Source: Candidatus Pacearchaeota archaeon (lineage in GTDB: Archaea; Nanobdellota; Nanobdellia; Pacearchaeales; GW2011-AR1). Taken from it: DNA of 64,000 nucleotides. Position numbers and translations under genes: made by a program. Location of the stretch: the NCBI GenBank assembly GCA_016188825.1, contig JACPHA010000019.1, positions 3,414 to 67,413 on the forward strand, in the 5' to 3' direction. The number at the start of each line of letters is the position of its first letter. Within the stretch, counting starts at the first letter, position 1. The notes under the pieces are model-generated. The model was not told where the DNA came from and ran no database searches. It saw only the letters and a program-made list of their open reading frames with translations. Of this stretch, positions 17,428-26,518 are shown piece by piece.

Positions 17428-17661
17428 ATAAAGTCTAGTAAGTAAGACTGGTTCTTCTTTTTTTAGCAAGTCTGCTTTTTCTGGTTCTACAGAAATTAAT
17501 AATCTCAATGCTTCTTTTAAATTATTAAGAGCGTCTTCTGGACTATCACCAAAATCACTTACAGAAAGCTCTTCGCATTCTGCTACATAAACTGGCTTTC
17601 CTTCCAAATCCTCTTTATGAATTACTACATTACATGACAATTCTTTGCTTAATTTTTTCAT
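17422..17661 (-). CDS. hicB: short HicB family antitoxin
   Basis: YVAEC.EL...FGDS.EDAL.N.KEAL; no C-terminal DNA-binding domain. Confidence 0.85.
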   Translation of the reverse strand: MKKLSKELSCNVVIHKEDLEGKPVYVAECEELSVSDFGDSPEDALNNLKEALRLLISVEPEKADLLKKEEPVLLTRLYL

Positions 17662-17772
17662 AATAATTTAATAACTGATTTGCTTATAAGATTATCGGTT
17701 TTGTTTTCTTATTTTTATCCTAACTTTATAGTAATAGCAAAGTTTAAAAAGTATCAATGGTGTTGATTTTTC

Positions 17773-18462
17773 ATGAATTTAACAAGAAAATTAGGAAGAG
17801 AAATTGTTAGCGCAGGAGTTGGGTTAGCAGGAGTGTTGAGTTTTGGGGGATGTCAAACTCCTGAAGATACTGCAACTGTTGCGACGATTGCAGGAGTTTT
17901 AGTGCCGGGAGTTGAGGATCCGGGAAGGGCTGCTGCATTGGCTGCTGCAGCGCAAGGAATGCATGGAATTGCACAAGTTCAAGCGCAAGAACAAAATAAA
18001 ACAAATGTGAATGTTTATGTGAATGGAAATAATGCTCAATATCAACAACCTCAAAGACAAATTACAATAGAGGAATGGAATAGAATGTCTGGAGAAGAGA
18101 AAATAAAACATGTTTATGATAATAAAGCTGAAATGTTTTTTGCTTGTACTCGAGTAGAAGATTATAATAGAAATGGATTAATAGAACCAAATGAATATAT
18201 TGGAATAGAAAAATGGTGTTTTTCAGCCAATGAGAATATTGTCATTGGAGCAATAACCTTTGAAAAACCAGGAACAGAAATATTAATTAGATTGCTTCCT
18301 CCAAGCAGACCAGCAATAGATTATAAAAGAATAGTAGATAGAGATGGTTATGTTTTTTGGGAATTAATTCCTAGAGAAAAAAAAGAAATAGGAAGAAATG
18401 CGTTATTAAGGTATGCTAATGGGCGATTCATGGGTAAAATAGAATTTGATATAACGCCTTAG
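17773..18462 (+). CDS. putative lipoprotein with Ala/Gly-rich helices
   Basis: LSFGGC lipobox; DYNRNGLIEPNE EF-hand-like motif. Confidence 0.7.
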   Translation: MNLTRKLGREIVSAGVGLAGVLSFGGCQTPEDTATVATIAGVLVPGVEDPGRAAALAAAAQGMHGIAQVQAQEQNKTNVNVYVNGNNAQYQQPQRQITIEEWNRMSGEEKIKHVYDNKAEMFFACTRVEDYNRNGLIEPNEYIGIEKWCFSANENIVIGAITFEKPGTEILIRLLPPSRPAIDYKRIVDRDGYVFWELIPREKKEIGRNALLRYANGRFMGKIEFDITP

Positions 18463-18502
18463 CTCTCAAAATATTTATAAGCAATAATTCTTTAAGTTAA
18501 AC

Positions 18503-20626
18503 ATGAAAAAGAGAGAAAGAAAATTATTTATTTATAATGTTGCTTTTTTTCAAATATTATTACTTGTTGGAATGAGTTTTTCTGTTGCTTTTGTGATGAG
18601 CGATTATGTTGGATTTGCGAATGGAGCTGAGGGGACAAGTTTAAGTTTAAGACCGCAAGCAAATGATTATGCATTGGGGCAAGTAAATCAGCCTACTAAT
18701 ACGCCAATCCCGACAGGCAGTGGATCCGGCGCCGCCAAAACTGCGGCTGCTCAAGCTGGCGCTGCTACTACGCCGGCCGCAGGAGGTTTTTTTAGTAATT
18801 TATTTTTTGGAAAAGCCTTTAGCGGCGGGGCCGTCGGAGCACTAACATCCGGATTAATCTGGGGAGGGGTTGTATATGGGGGAATAAAAATTATTGGAAA
18901 ATTATTTGGACTTGACGAGGGTTTGGTCGATTCATTGTCTACAGCGGCAGGAGTTGGAACTGGTGTTGGAACATCACTTTACTTTTTAGGGCAGAATTAT
19001 CCTAGCACTGCTTGGGCTTCATTTACTCCCGGAATTTCTGCTTTAGTCGGCATCGGAGTAGGAGTAGGAATATTTTTAGCTACTTATAAAAAAGAAAAAA
19101 GAGAAATAGTAAAATTTGAATGCTTGCCTTGGGAGCCTCCTGTTGGCGGATCTGATTGCGAGAAATGCAATAACAATCCTGATATGCCTTGCTCTGAATA
19201 CAGATGTAAAAGCCTTGGACAGGCTTGCGATATTGTGAATAAAGGAACAACAGAGGAGAAATGTGTTTGGATTAATAAAGGAGACACGCAAGCACCGAAG
19301 ATTGAGCCGTGGGAAGAGGCTTTGAAGCCAACTGGATTAAGATATGCTCCAGATACAGGCATAAGTCCACCAAATCGCGGATTTAGAATTTTAAGCCAGC
19401 AGGGTTGTTTGGATGCATTTACGAAATTGGAATTTGGAGTTACAACTGATGAACCTGCGCAATGCAGGATTGATTATGAAGCAAGAAGCAAGTATGATGA
19501 GATGAGCTATTTGTTCGGAGAAACAAACTTGTTCTTGGAAGAGCATACGCAAAGATTGAAAGTTCCTAATCCATTTGAGCAGGGAATTGGAGCAGGGGAT
19601 GTGCCAGATATTTATAATGATGGGAGTTATAAGTTGTATGTGAGATGCATGGATGCAAACGGAAATGGGCAGGATTCTGCTGTCGTTGCTTTCAGCTTCT
19701 GTGTTAACCCTGGGCCTGACGCAAAGCAGCCAATAATTGAAGGGACTTCGATAGAATCTGGGAAACCTGTGAGTTTTGATATTGACAAAGTTCCTATTGA
19801 GGTTTATGTTAACGAGCCTGCCGAATGCAAGTGGAGCAGACAGGACAAGGCGTATGATGTGATGGAAAATACAATGAACTGTGCAACTGGAACATTACAG
19901 TTTAATGCTGACTTGAATTATGTCTGCTCTGGAGAATTAACTGGAATAAAAAACAGAGAAAATAATAATTTCTATTTCAGATGCAAGGACCAGCCAGGAA
20001 AGCCCGAAAGCCAGAGAAATGTTATGACTACAAGCTTTCCATTGACATTGAGAGGGACGCAGGAATTGATAATAACAAAAGTTGGACCGAATGCAACAAT
20101 TCAGGGAAGCACAAGTGTTGTAACTGTTAATTTAACGGCTGAAACTGCATTCGGGGCTGAAGACGGAAAGGCAACATGTTATATTGACGACGAGATTAAT
20201 GGAGATTTCAGGCTTGCAATGCAGGGTGAAAAAACCAATAGGCATGATCAACCGCTTGATTTGGTTGCTGGAACATACACCTTTTACTTTAAGTGTGTTG
20301 ATGCGGGGGCAAATTTGGCAGAGGACAGCACGACGTTTACAGTTGTTAGTGATTTCCAAGCACCAAAAATAGTCAGAGTGTTCAGAGACGGACAAACATT
20401 AAAGATAATAACAGACGAGAAAGCAAGATGCTCATACTCGACAACAAGCTGCACTTATAATTTTGAGGATGGGACTGCGATGACTTATGAAAATGTCGCA
20501 GATAAGAACGTGCATTATGCTGACTGGAGCAGAGATGTTACTTATTATATAAAATGCGAGGATTTGCAGGGCAATAAACCGGGGCCAAGCCAGTGCCAGA
20601 TTGTTGCAAGAGGGTCGGAGTTTTAG
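18503..20626 (+). CDS. secreted/membrane protein, homolog of the C-half of 7456..11964
   Basis: FQILLLVG signal like that of the giant protein; Gly/Ala hydrophobic block; shared F.C.PWE.P, NE.AEC.W and YYIKC.D motifs. Confidence 0.88.
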   Translation: MKKRERKLFIYNVAFFQILLLVGMSFSVAFVMSDYVGFANGAEGTSLSLRPQANDYALGQVNQPTNTPIPTGSGSGAAKTAAAQAGAATTPAAGGFFSNLFFGKAFSGGAVGALTSGLIWGGVVYGGIKIIGKLFGLDEGLVDSLSTAAGVGTGVGTSLYFLGQNYPSTAWASFTPGISALVGIGVGVGIFLATYKKEKREIVKFECLPWEPPVGGSDCEKCNNNPDMPCSEYRCKSLGQACDIVNKGTTEEKCVWINKGDTQAPKIEPWEEALKPTGLRYAPDTGISPPNRGFRILSQQGCLDAFTKLEFGVTTDEPAQCRIDYEARSKYDEMSYLFGETNLFLEEHTQRLKVPNPFEQGIGAGDVPDIYNDGSYKLYVRCMDANGNGQDSAVVAFSFCVNPGPDAKQPIIEGTSIESGKPVSFDIDKVPIEVYVNEPAECKWSRQDKAYDVMENTMNCATGTLQFNADLNYVCSGELTGIKNRENNNFYFRCKDQPGKPESQRNVMTTSFPLTLRGTQELIITKVGPNATIQGSTSVVTVNLTAETAFGAEDGKATCYIDDEINGDFRLAMQGEKTNRHDQPLDLVAGTYTFYFKCVDAGANLAEDSTTFTVVSDFQAPKIVRVFRDGQTLKIITDEKARCSYSTTSCTYNFEDGTAMTYENVADKNVHYADWSRDVTYYIKCEDLQGNKPGPSQCQIVARGSEF

Positions 20627-20678
20627 AGGTTTAACGTGAATTAGGAAAGTTTATAAGTTTTTTAATTTATGATGAAGA

Positions 20679-21038
20679 ATGAAAGAATATAATTCTTGGT
20701 TGAAACAAGCTGAAAAGGATCTTGATACTGCGAAGTATAACATAGATGGAAGAAAGCTTGAAGCTGGGGCTTTTTTTCTTCAACAGGCTGTAGAAAAGGC
20801 TTTGAAAGCTTTATATATCAAAAAATTTGCTAGATTAATTAAAACTCATGACCTTGTTTTGTTAGCGAGAGAATTAAAAGTTCCTCAGAATTTAGAAGAG
20901 TTTTGCAAAAAATTAACTCCGGCTTATCAATATACCAGATATCCTGATATTACTAAGGAAATAGACTTAGAAAATAAAATAAATGAATTTATGGAGTATT
21001 CTAAGGAGATTATAAAATGGGTAAAAAAGAATTTGTAA
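20679..21038 (+). CDS. HEPN domain protein
   Basis: W...A..DL..A, QQAVEKALKA, KTHDL and Y.YTRYPD motifs. Confidence 0.9.
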   Translation: MKEYNSWLKQAEKDLDTAKYNIDGRKLEAGAFFLQQAVEKALKALYIKKFARLIKTHDLVLLARELKVPQNLEEFCKKLTPAYQYTRYPDITKEIDLENKINEFMEYSKEIIKWVKKNL

Positions 21039-21334
21039 TGGCTATTGGAGATTTTGTAAAAAGACTTGGTCTTGACTTTGATATAAAGAAAGTGATACTA
21101 TTTGGAAGCAGAGCAACAAAAGAATATGGAGAGGAAAGTGATGTGGACTTGATAATTGTTTCAAATGATTTTAATAATATGGATTTTTTTGAGAGGGCTG
21201 CAAAAATGTATGATTATTGGAAATTAGACTTGCCTGTGGATTTCATTTGTTATACTAAAAAAGAATTTGAAAAATTGAAAAAAAGAATATCAATTGTGAA
21301 AGAAGCCTTGACTAATGGAATTATTATTCATTAG
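21017..21334 (+). CDS. MNT nucleotidyltransferase
   Basis: ILFGSRA...SDVDLIIVS; overlaps the HEPN gene. Confidence 0.9.
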   Translation: MGKKEFVMAIGDFVKRLGLDFDIKKVILFGSRATKEYGEESDVDLIIVSNDFNNMDFFERAAKMYDYWKLDLPVDFICYTKKEFEKLKKRISIVKEALTNGIIIH

Positions 21335-21348
21335 AACTGAAGAAATTT

Positions 21349-21744
21349 TCATCCCTCGAAAAATTGGCTGAATCTTTTTCCCTGATTTTCCGCTGTTTCT
21401 ATACTCAAGACCAATAATTTTCCAGAATCTTTGAGAAATTTCGGCTCGAGAAAAAACCATCCTTTATGATTAAACCTGGCTGCTATTACTGGCTTTAAGC
21501 CCATAATGTTTGAGAATAAAACAAAGTCGTTTATTTGAGATTTTGATATGTAAATTGAATTTTTCTTGCTTGATTTTACTTCTACTGTAAATCCTTTTCT
21601 GCCCAATTTTCCGGTGATTAGATCGCATGGAGATTCTTCTAAAATTCCGGAACCAGCGACACGCACTGCTCTCCAACCATGCTCTGTGAAAATTTTTACA
21701 AGCTCACGCTCGGTTTTTGAGCCCTTTGATTTGTTGTGTGGCAT
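21349..21744 (-). CDS. hjc: Holliday junction resolvase Hjc
   Basis: KG...EREL...G..AVRVAGSG...DLI...VEVKS. Confidence 0.92.
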   Translation of the reverse strand: MPHNKSKGSKTERELVKIFTEHGWRAVRVAGSGILEESPCDLITGKLGRKGFTVEVKSSKKNSIYISKSQINDFVLFSNIMGLKPVIAARFNHKGWFFLEPKFLKDSGKLLVLSIETAENQGKRFSQFFEG

Positions 21745-22141
21745 GTTCTTCTTTTAATTATAATGGATAAAAAGAAAGAAGGTTTTTATAAGTTTACTCT
21801 AACTTTTTTCATATCACCTTTATTATTTTCAGTTTGGTTCTTCCTCTCAATTTACATGTATTTGTCCACTTCGCATATACTTGCCAACCCTTATAAATCT
21901 CCAGTTATTTTATCTGGAAGCTGAACTGTGTTTCCCGCTTCTTTCGGTAAGAAAACAAAATCTGCAAGGGTTTTTTCTTTTTGTTCATTATTTATCATGT
22001 TTTTGATAGAAATTATTGCTTTATAAATCTTTCAGTTTAGTTGTAATTGGTAAGTAATTACGAAACAAACACTTAAAAGAGTATTTACCCTCTACAACTA
22101 AAAAACATATTGTAGTGGGTAAGAATAAGATTGAGAAAAAA

Positions 22142-22309
22142 TCACAAATCCCTTGCTTGCAAAGTGCGTCTGCCGTTGGCTTTTGCTCTTTCGCTTGCTT
22201 CTTCTAAAAGTTTCAGGACTTTTTTGTTCAGCGCGGGCGCAACTTCACTTGCCACATTTAAACCGTTTACGGCTTCTCTTATTTTGCTTTTTACAATTAA
22301 ATCAACCAT
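22142..22309 (-). CDS. minimal histone-fold protein (DUF1931-like), 55 aa, not in the ORF track
   Basis: MVDLIVKSKIREAVNGLNVASEVAPALNKKVLKLLEEASERAKANGRRTLQARDL; AAGGAGG ribosome-binding site. Confidence 0.85.
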   Translation of the reverse strand: MVDLIVKSKIREAVNGLNVASEVAPALNKKVLKLLEEASERAKANGRRTLQARDL

Positions 22310-22399
22310 TTTTCCTCCTTTGATAATATTTAATTTTTTTATTAATATAAAAATGTAACCTAACCCCCTCGGTTCCCTATATTTCTAAATTAACTCTTC

Positions 22400-23884
22400 T
22401 CATTTGTTATCTATGGGTTTCATGAAAGGAAATAAAATAACGTCACGTATTGATTCTTGTCCTGTTAGAAGGATTATCATCCTATCTATTCCTAAACCGA
22501 GACCACCTGTTGGAGGCATGCCTGCTTCCAATGAATTGACAAAATCCTCGTCATAGGGGTTTGCTTCTGCATCTCCTTTGAATAACATTTTTTGCTGCTC
22601 TTCTAAAAGCTTTTTTTGCAAGATTGGATCGTTGAGTTCTGAATACGCATTTCCTAATTCTGTGCCAAGGCAGAAGGGCTCGAAACGCTCGATTAATCTT
22701 CCTGTTTTATCTTTTCTATGAATTTTGCATAGGGGCGTTGTTTCAATCGGATGATCAAGAATAAAAGTCGGCTGCTCTAGAGCTTTCTCGCAGAAATGCT
22801 CAAAGATTGCCTTGACATACCATCCCCAGCTTTCATGCTTTGTTTCTATCCTGTTTTTTTCTATGAAAGATTTTAATTCTTCTTCAGACATTTTTTCCGC
22901 GTTGAGCTTTGTGAATTTTTTAATTGCTTCAAGCATCGTCATTCTCTTCCAGGGTTTTTTGAAATCCAAAACAATGTTTTTGTATTTTATTTTTGTAGAA
23001 TTATAAAGTTTTTTTATGACAAAAATGTAAAGGTCTTCAACCAGCTCCATCATGTCATTGTAATCTGCATATGCTTGATAAAGTTCTATCATTGTGAATT
23101 CTGGGTTATGCCAGCGGTCAATGCCTTCATTTCTGAAGTTTCTTGCAATTGTGAAGACTTTTTCAAAACCGCCGACAATTAGCCGTTTTAGATATAATTC
23201 TGGAGATATTGCAAGAAATAGGTCAATGTCTAACGTGTTCAGGTGAGTTTTAAATGGTTTTGCACTTGCCCCGCCGTAAACAGTTTGTAAATATGGAGTT
23301 TCTACTTCTAAGAAGCCTTTGTTTTTTAGAAATTCACGAATTAGGGATAAAATTTTTTCTCTTTTTTCAAATACTTCTTTAACTTCGGGGGACATAAGCA
23401 AATCAAGGTAGCGTTTTCTGTAACGCTCTTCTTTGTCTTGAAGACCATGCCATTTTTCTGGCAATGGCCTTATTGATTTTGATAGCAATTCGAGAGATTT
23501 TACTAAAATAGAAAGCTCGCCTCTTTTGGTTCTGAAAATTATTCCTTCCAAACCTATGAAATCTCCTGAATCTACATACTTCTTGAAGAAATTTATTATT
23601 TCTTTTTTTGTATCTGATTCTTGAAAAACGACTTGGATTTTTCCCAAACTATCCTGCAAAACTGCAAAAGCTATTTTTCCTAAATCTCTGATATTAATCA
23701 ATCTGCCTGCTATTTTTGCCTTATCTTTTGTTTTTTTTCCTGATTTTAATTTTTTGTATTTTTCCTGCAATTCTAGAGAAGAATGTCTTTTTTCAAATGA
23801 GTATGGATAGGGATTTATTCCCTGCTTTTTTAATTCATTCAGCTTTCTTAACCTTTCAGTCATTATTTGTTCTTCTCTGCTCAT
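22400..23884 (-). CDS. lysS: lysyl-tRNA synthetase, class II
   Basis: OB fold, RYRKRYLDL, FRNEG...HNPEFT and GMPPTGGLGLGIDR. Confidence 0.97.
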   Translation of the reverse strand: MSREEQIMTERLRKLNELKKQGINPYPYSFEKRHSSLELQEKYKKLKSGKKTKDKAKIAGRLINIRDLGKIAFAVLQDSLGKIQVVFQESDTKKEIINFFKKYVDSGDFIGLEGIIFRTKRGELSILVKSLELLSKSIRPLPEKWHGLQDKEERYRKRYLDLLMSPEVKEVFEKREKILSLIREFLKNKGFLEVETPYLQTVYGGASAKPFKTHLNTLDIDLFLAISPELYLKRLIVGGFEKVFTIARNFRNEGIDRWHNPEFTMIELYQAYADYNDMMELVEDLYIFVIKKLYNSTKIKYKNIVLDFKKPWKRMTMLEAIKKFTKLNAEKMSEEELKSFIEKNRIETKHESWGWYVKAIFEHFCEKALEQPTFILDHPIETTPLCKIHRKDKTGRLIERFEPFCLGTELGNAYSELNDPILQKKLLEEQQKMLFKGDAEANPYDEDFVNSLEAGMPPTGGLGLGIDRMIILLTGQESIRDVILFPFMKPIDNK

Positions 23885-23937
23885 TTTTCTTATTCAAATA
23901 GAGATAAATGCTTTTTTATATTTGTTGATTATTATAT

Positions 23938-24065
23938 GGGAACCAAGGTTCCCCTGATAAGTCACCCCTCCTTTGAAGAAGAAAGAAAAGAGACAACCAA
24001 ACAAGTCACCCCTCCTTTAAGAAGAAGAAAAGAGACAAACGAGATTTCATCTTGTAAGTCATCCC
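23938..24065. repeat. GGGAACC/GGTTCCC palindrome plus short tandem repeat
   Basis: AAGTCACCCCTCCTTT...GAAAAGAGACAA at 23959 and 24003, partial third copy at 24056. Confidence 0.75.
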
Positions 24066-24183
24066 GTCTAATTTTTTTCGTTTTCTCGACGGAAAATGTG
24101 CTTAAAAAGGCAAATTTTTTCCTTTAAAATCGAGAAAATGAAAGTTTAAAAAGGCTGATTTTCTCGGTATGACGGAGGTCATT

Positions 24184-24294
24184 ATGAAAAACCATAACGA
24201 AAAAGAAAAGGAAAAAGACTCGGACATGGACGAAGAAGATGACTGGGATGACGACGAAGACGAGGAAGAAGAAGACGAAGAAGATGATTATTAA
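24184..24294 (+). CDS. 36 aa hyper-acidic peptide
   Basis: MKNHNEKEKEKDSDMDEEDDWDDDEDEEEEDEEDDY; GGAGGT ribosome-binding site, upstream TTTAAAA box, downstream T-run. Confidence 0.6.
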   Translation: MKNHNEKEKEKDSDMDEEDDWDDDEDEEEEDEEDDY

Positions 24295-24322
24295 TTGTCT
24301 ATGACTTCTCTTTTTTTTATTT

Positions 24323-24598
24323 TTATATTTTTAATATTTTGAACTCTTTAAAGCCTTGGAATTTTTCTGGTTTTTCTTCCACGTTTCTTATTTTTGCGTG
24401 TTTGTAATCGCGTTTGCAGACTGCAAGCATTTGCTCCATGTTGTCATGATTTCCTTCTATAAATATTTCAAACCGGCCGTCTTCTAATTTTCTTAAAAAT
24501 CCCCTTATACCCAGTTTGTCGGCGCTCTCTTTAATGAACTGCTCGTAAAAAATCCCCTGTGCTGAGCCCGTGATAAACAACTTTGATGCTTTTTTCAT
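24323..24598 (-). CDS. acylphosphatase-fold protein, catalytic residues substituted
   Basis: ITG.AQG.FYE and GFLRKLEDGRFE in place of G.VQGVGFR and G.V.N..DG.VE. Confidence 0.8.
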   Translation of the reverse strand: MKKASKLFITGSAQGIFYEQFIKESADKLGIRGFLRKLEDGRFEIFIEGNHDNMEQMLAVCKRDYKHAKIRNVEEKPEKFQGFKEFKILKI

Positions 24599-24637
24599 GT
24601 TGAAGAAAAATAAGGATTATTAATATATTTTACTGTT

Positions 24638-25417
24638 TTATTCAGTTTTAACTTCAAGTGCATTCTGCTTCTTATTCTGCATTTCTTCCAGTTTTGACGC
24701 AGTTTCATCTATTAATTTTATGTGCGGAATGTTTTGCCAGTGCTTTCCTAAAATTTTTGCTGATTGCTTGTCTATTTCGATAGGCAACCCTGCCAAAATT
24801 AAACCTTGCTCCGAAGCGTCTACAACAGCAAATTCTGGCATTTTACAATGCACGATATCGTGGATTGAGTACTTTATCGGAGATTTTCTGATTTTGTTTT
24901 TCCCTCTCGAGAGAAAACCTTTATAGTGGTGGGCTGGAAATGCACCAAGCATCGATGATAGAGAGCCAAGCATTGATAGCTCTTCGTCTTCAGCCAGTTT
25001 TGAGAGTGAAATGACAAAGCTTTCCTTTAGAATTTGCGGATAGTGTATTGTTTCAAAATTCGTGAAATTTGGGTTTTCTATTTCTTCTGTTTCTGCTTCA
25101 TTCAGGTCAATTAGACCAATTGAATATTTTTCTGCTAATTTTTTATATCCCAGAGAATCAAATAATTCTGTTGTGTCAGAGCCATCGGCGCCCTCTGCTA
25201 TGAAAACCTCTGTAAGAGGATTTTTATTATCAATACAGAACTTTAAAACCGCCTCAAGAAAATCTTTTGATACAGATTTTTCCGAGTCGTTAGTTAAATA
25301 AGATTTTAAAACAATTTTCTCATGCTTCCTTAATTCGCGCTGCAATTTCAGCAAGTCAAGAAGTCTCGGGATTGATTCTTCATAAGACTGAAATTTTATT
25401 GAAGCGCCCTTTGCCAT
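24638..25417 (-). CDS. DUF362-like protein
   Basis: KIVLK, VFIAEG, LIDLN and VISL.KL pattern. Confidence 0.65.
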   Translation of the reverse strand: MAKGASIKFQSYEESIPRLLDLLKLQRELRKHEKIVLKSYLTNDSEKSVSKDFLEAVLKFCIDNKNPLTEVFIAEGADGSDTTELFDSLGYKKLAEKYSIGLIDLNEAETEEIENPNFTNFETIHYPQILKESFVISLSKLAEDEELSMLGSLSSMLGAFPAHHYKGFLSRGKNKIRKSPIKYSIHDIVHCKMPEFAVVDASEQGLILAGLPIEIDKQSAKILGKHWQNIPHIKLIDETASKLEEMQNKKQNALEVKTE

Positions 25418-25511
25418 TATTTTTCAGCGCTTAATAGGTTTTTAATTATTATTATAATTAAAAAGTATATTATTATCCAAAAATAGTTCTGCAAAAACAA
25501 TCGATAAATTT

Positions 25512-26126
25512 TTAAAGCAAACCATTTTCTTCGCGTCTGTCAAGTTCGTTATTGACAACTGCAATGGTTTGCGAAGCAAAGTATGTTTTCTTTCCTATTG
25601 AAATTGACTGGCAAATTTTTTTTAATCTTTTAAATTCTTTGTCAGGAAGGCCTCTGTGGTCTCCAAGAATAAAAACAGGGTCTGTTTTTATCACTGCTTT
25701 TCTTATGTCTTCACCATCTGAATCAAGAAGATAAAGATTTCTTTTTTCTTCGTAGAAATCATTTACTAATTCCAGAAGTCCTTTTTTTTCTATCCAAAAC
25801 CCAGGAAAAACTTCTCTTTTTTGTCCTTCTCGGTATTTGTAAAGCATTTTTTTCAAAACTGCTGAAACATTTTTTTTAGAAATGTAAATTTTATCAATTC
25901 CTGTTTTTCCCTCAGTAACTGGCTTTAATTCTAAATGTCTTGGAGGATTTGGGGGTCCTGCAAATATCAAATGTAAAGTAACATCGCTTCTTATTTTGTG
26001 GCTTATAAAAAAAGCTGCAATGATTGTGTGTATTGCTATGTCAACCCTTCCTGATTCTTGTAAATCTTCTTTAATGTAACTCCCGGATGTTGGGGCTGTT
26101 CTTGAGTAGTAGATTAGTTCGCGCAT
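25512..26126 (-). CDS. trmY: tRNA pseudouridine-54 N1-methyltransferase (SPOUT)
   Basis: DL..SGRVDI, F.ISH..R.D, FILGDHRGL and SIG...Y.ASQ.I...NNELD. Confidence 0.88.
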   Translation of the reverse strand: MRELIYYSRTAPTSGSYIKEDLQESGRVDIAIHTIIAAFFISHKIRSDVTLHLIFAGPPNPPRHLELKPVTEGKTGIDKIYISKKNVSAVLKKMLYKYREGQKREVFPGFWIEKKGLLELVNDFYEEKRNLYLLDSDGEDIRKAVIKTDPVFILGDHRGLPDKEFKRLKKICQSISIGKKTYFASQTIAVVNNELDRREENGLL

Positions 26127-26158
26127 TTTTGAGTGAGGGTTTAAGTGGTTTGAATTTT

Positions 26159-26518
26159 CTAGTCTTTATTTATCATATTAACCTGACTTTCTGATATAAC
26201 GACAAGAGAATTCTCAAATTTCTTACTTAATTCAGAATTTAATATGTTTAATAGCTTATTTGATACTATTTCTGGATTCTGTTTTCTACACCTGACAAAG
26301 ATAATTCCTTTATGAAGGACATTTGCGTCATTGATGATGTTCCAAAAATTTTTATCGCGGGTTATAATAATGCGATTTTCTTTTACAGCGACATCGATTA
26401 TCTTCTTATCTGAGATTCCATATAATTTCTCTTCTTTTATGTCCTTTACATCGAAACCTTGTTTTCTAATTTTATGTGCCACTGAAGCAGCAATGTTTTC
26501 GTCTGTAATAAATTTCAT
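26159..26518 (-). CDS. PIN-like toxin, DUF5615 family
   Basis: MKFITDENI...G.DV...SD..I...A..ENRIIITRD. Confidence 0.88.
   Translation of the reverse strand: MKFITDENIAASVAHKIRKQGFDVKDIKEEKLYGISDKKIIDVAVKENRIIITRDKNFWNIINDANVLHKGIIFVRCRKQNPEIVSNKLLNILNSELSKKFENSLVVISESQVNMINKD

Noticed and set aside
21788-21998. Minus-strand frame with two internal TAA codons as evidence of recoding
   Set aside because: TAA ends many conserved genes here; this is more likely a decayed gene or non-coding DNA.
22085-22122. 13 bp hairpin downstream of the histone gene as a cassette unit
   Set aside because: It is solitary, has a 12 nt loop and no shared arm motif; a transcript-end structure explains it.
22131-22358. 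75 aa plus-strand ORF
   Set aside because: It is the antisense shadow of the histone gene.
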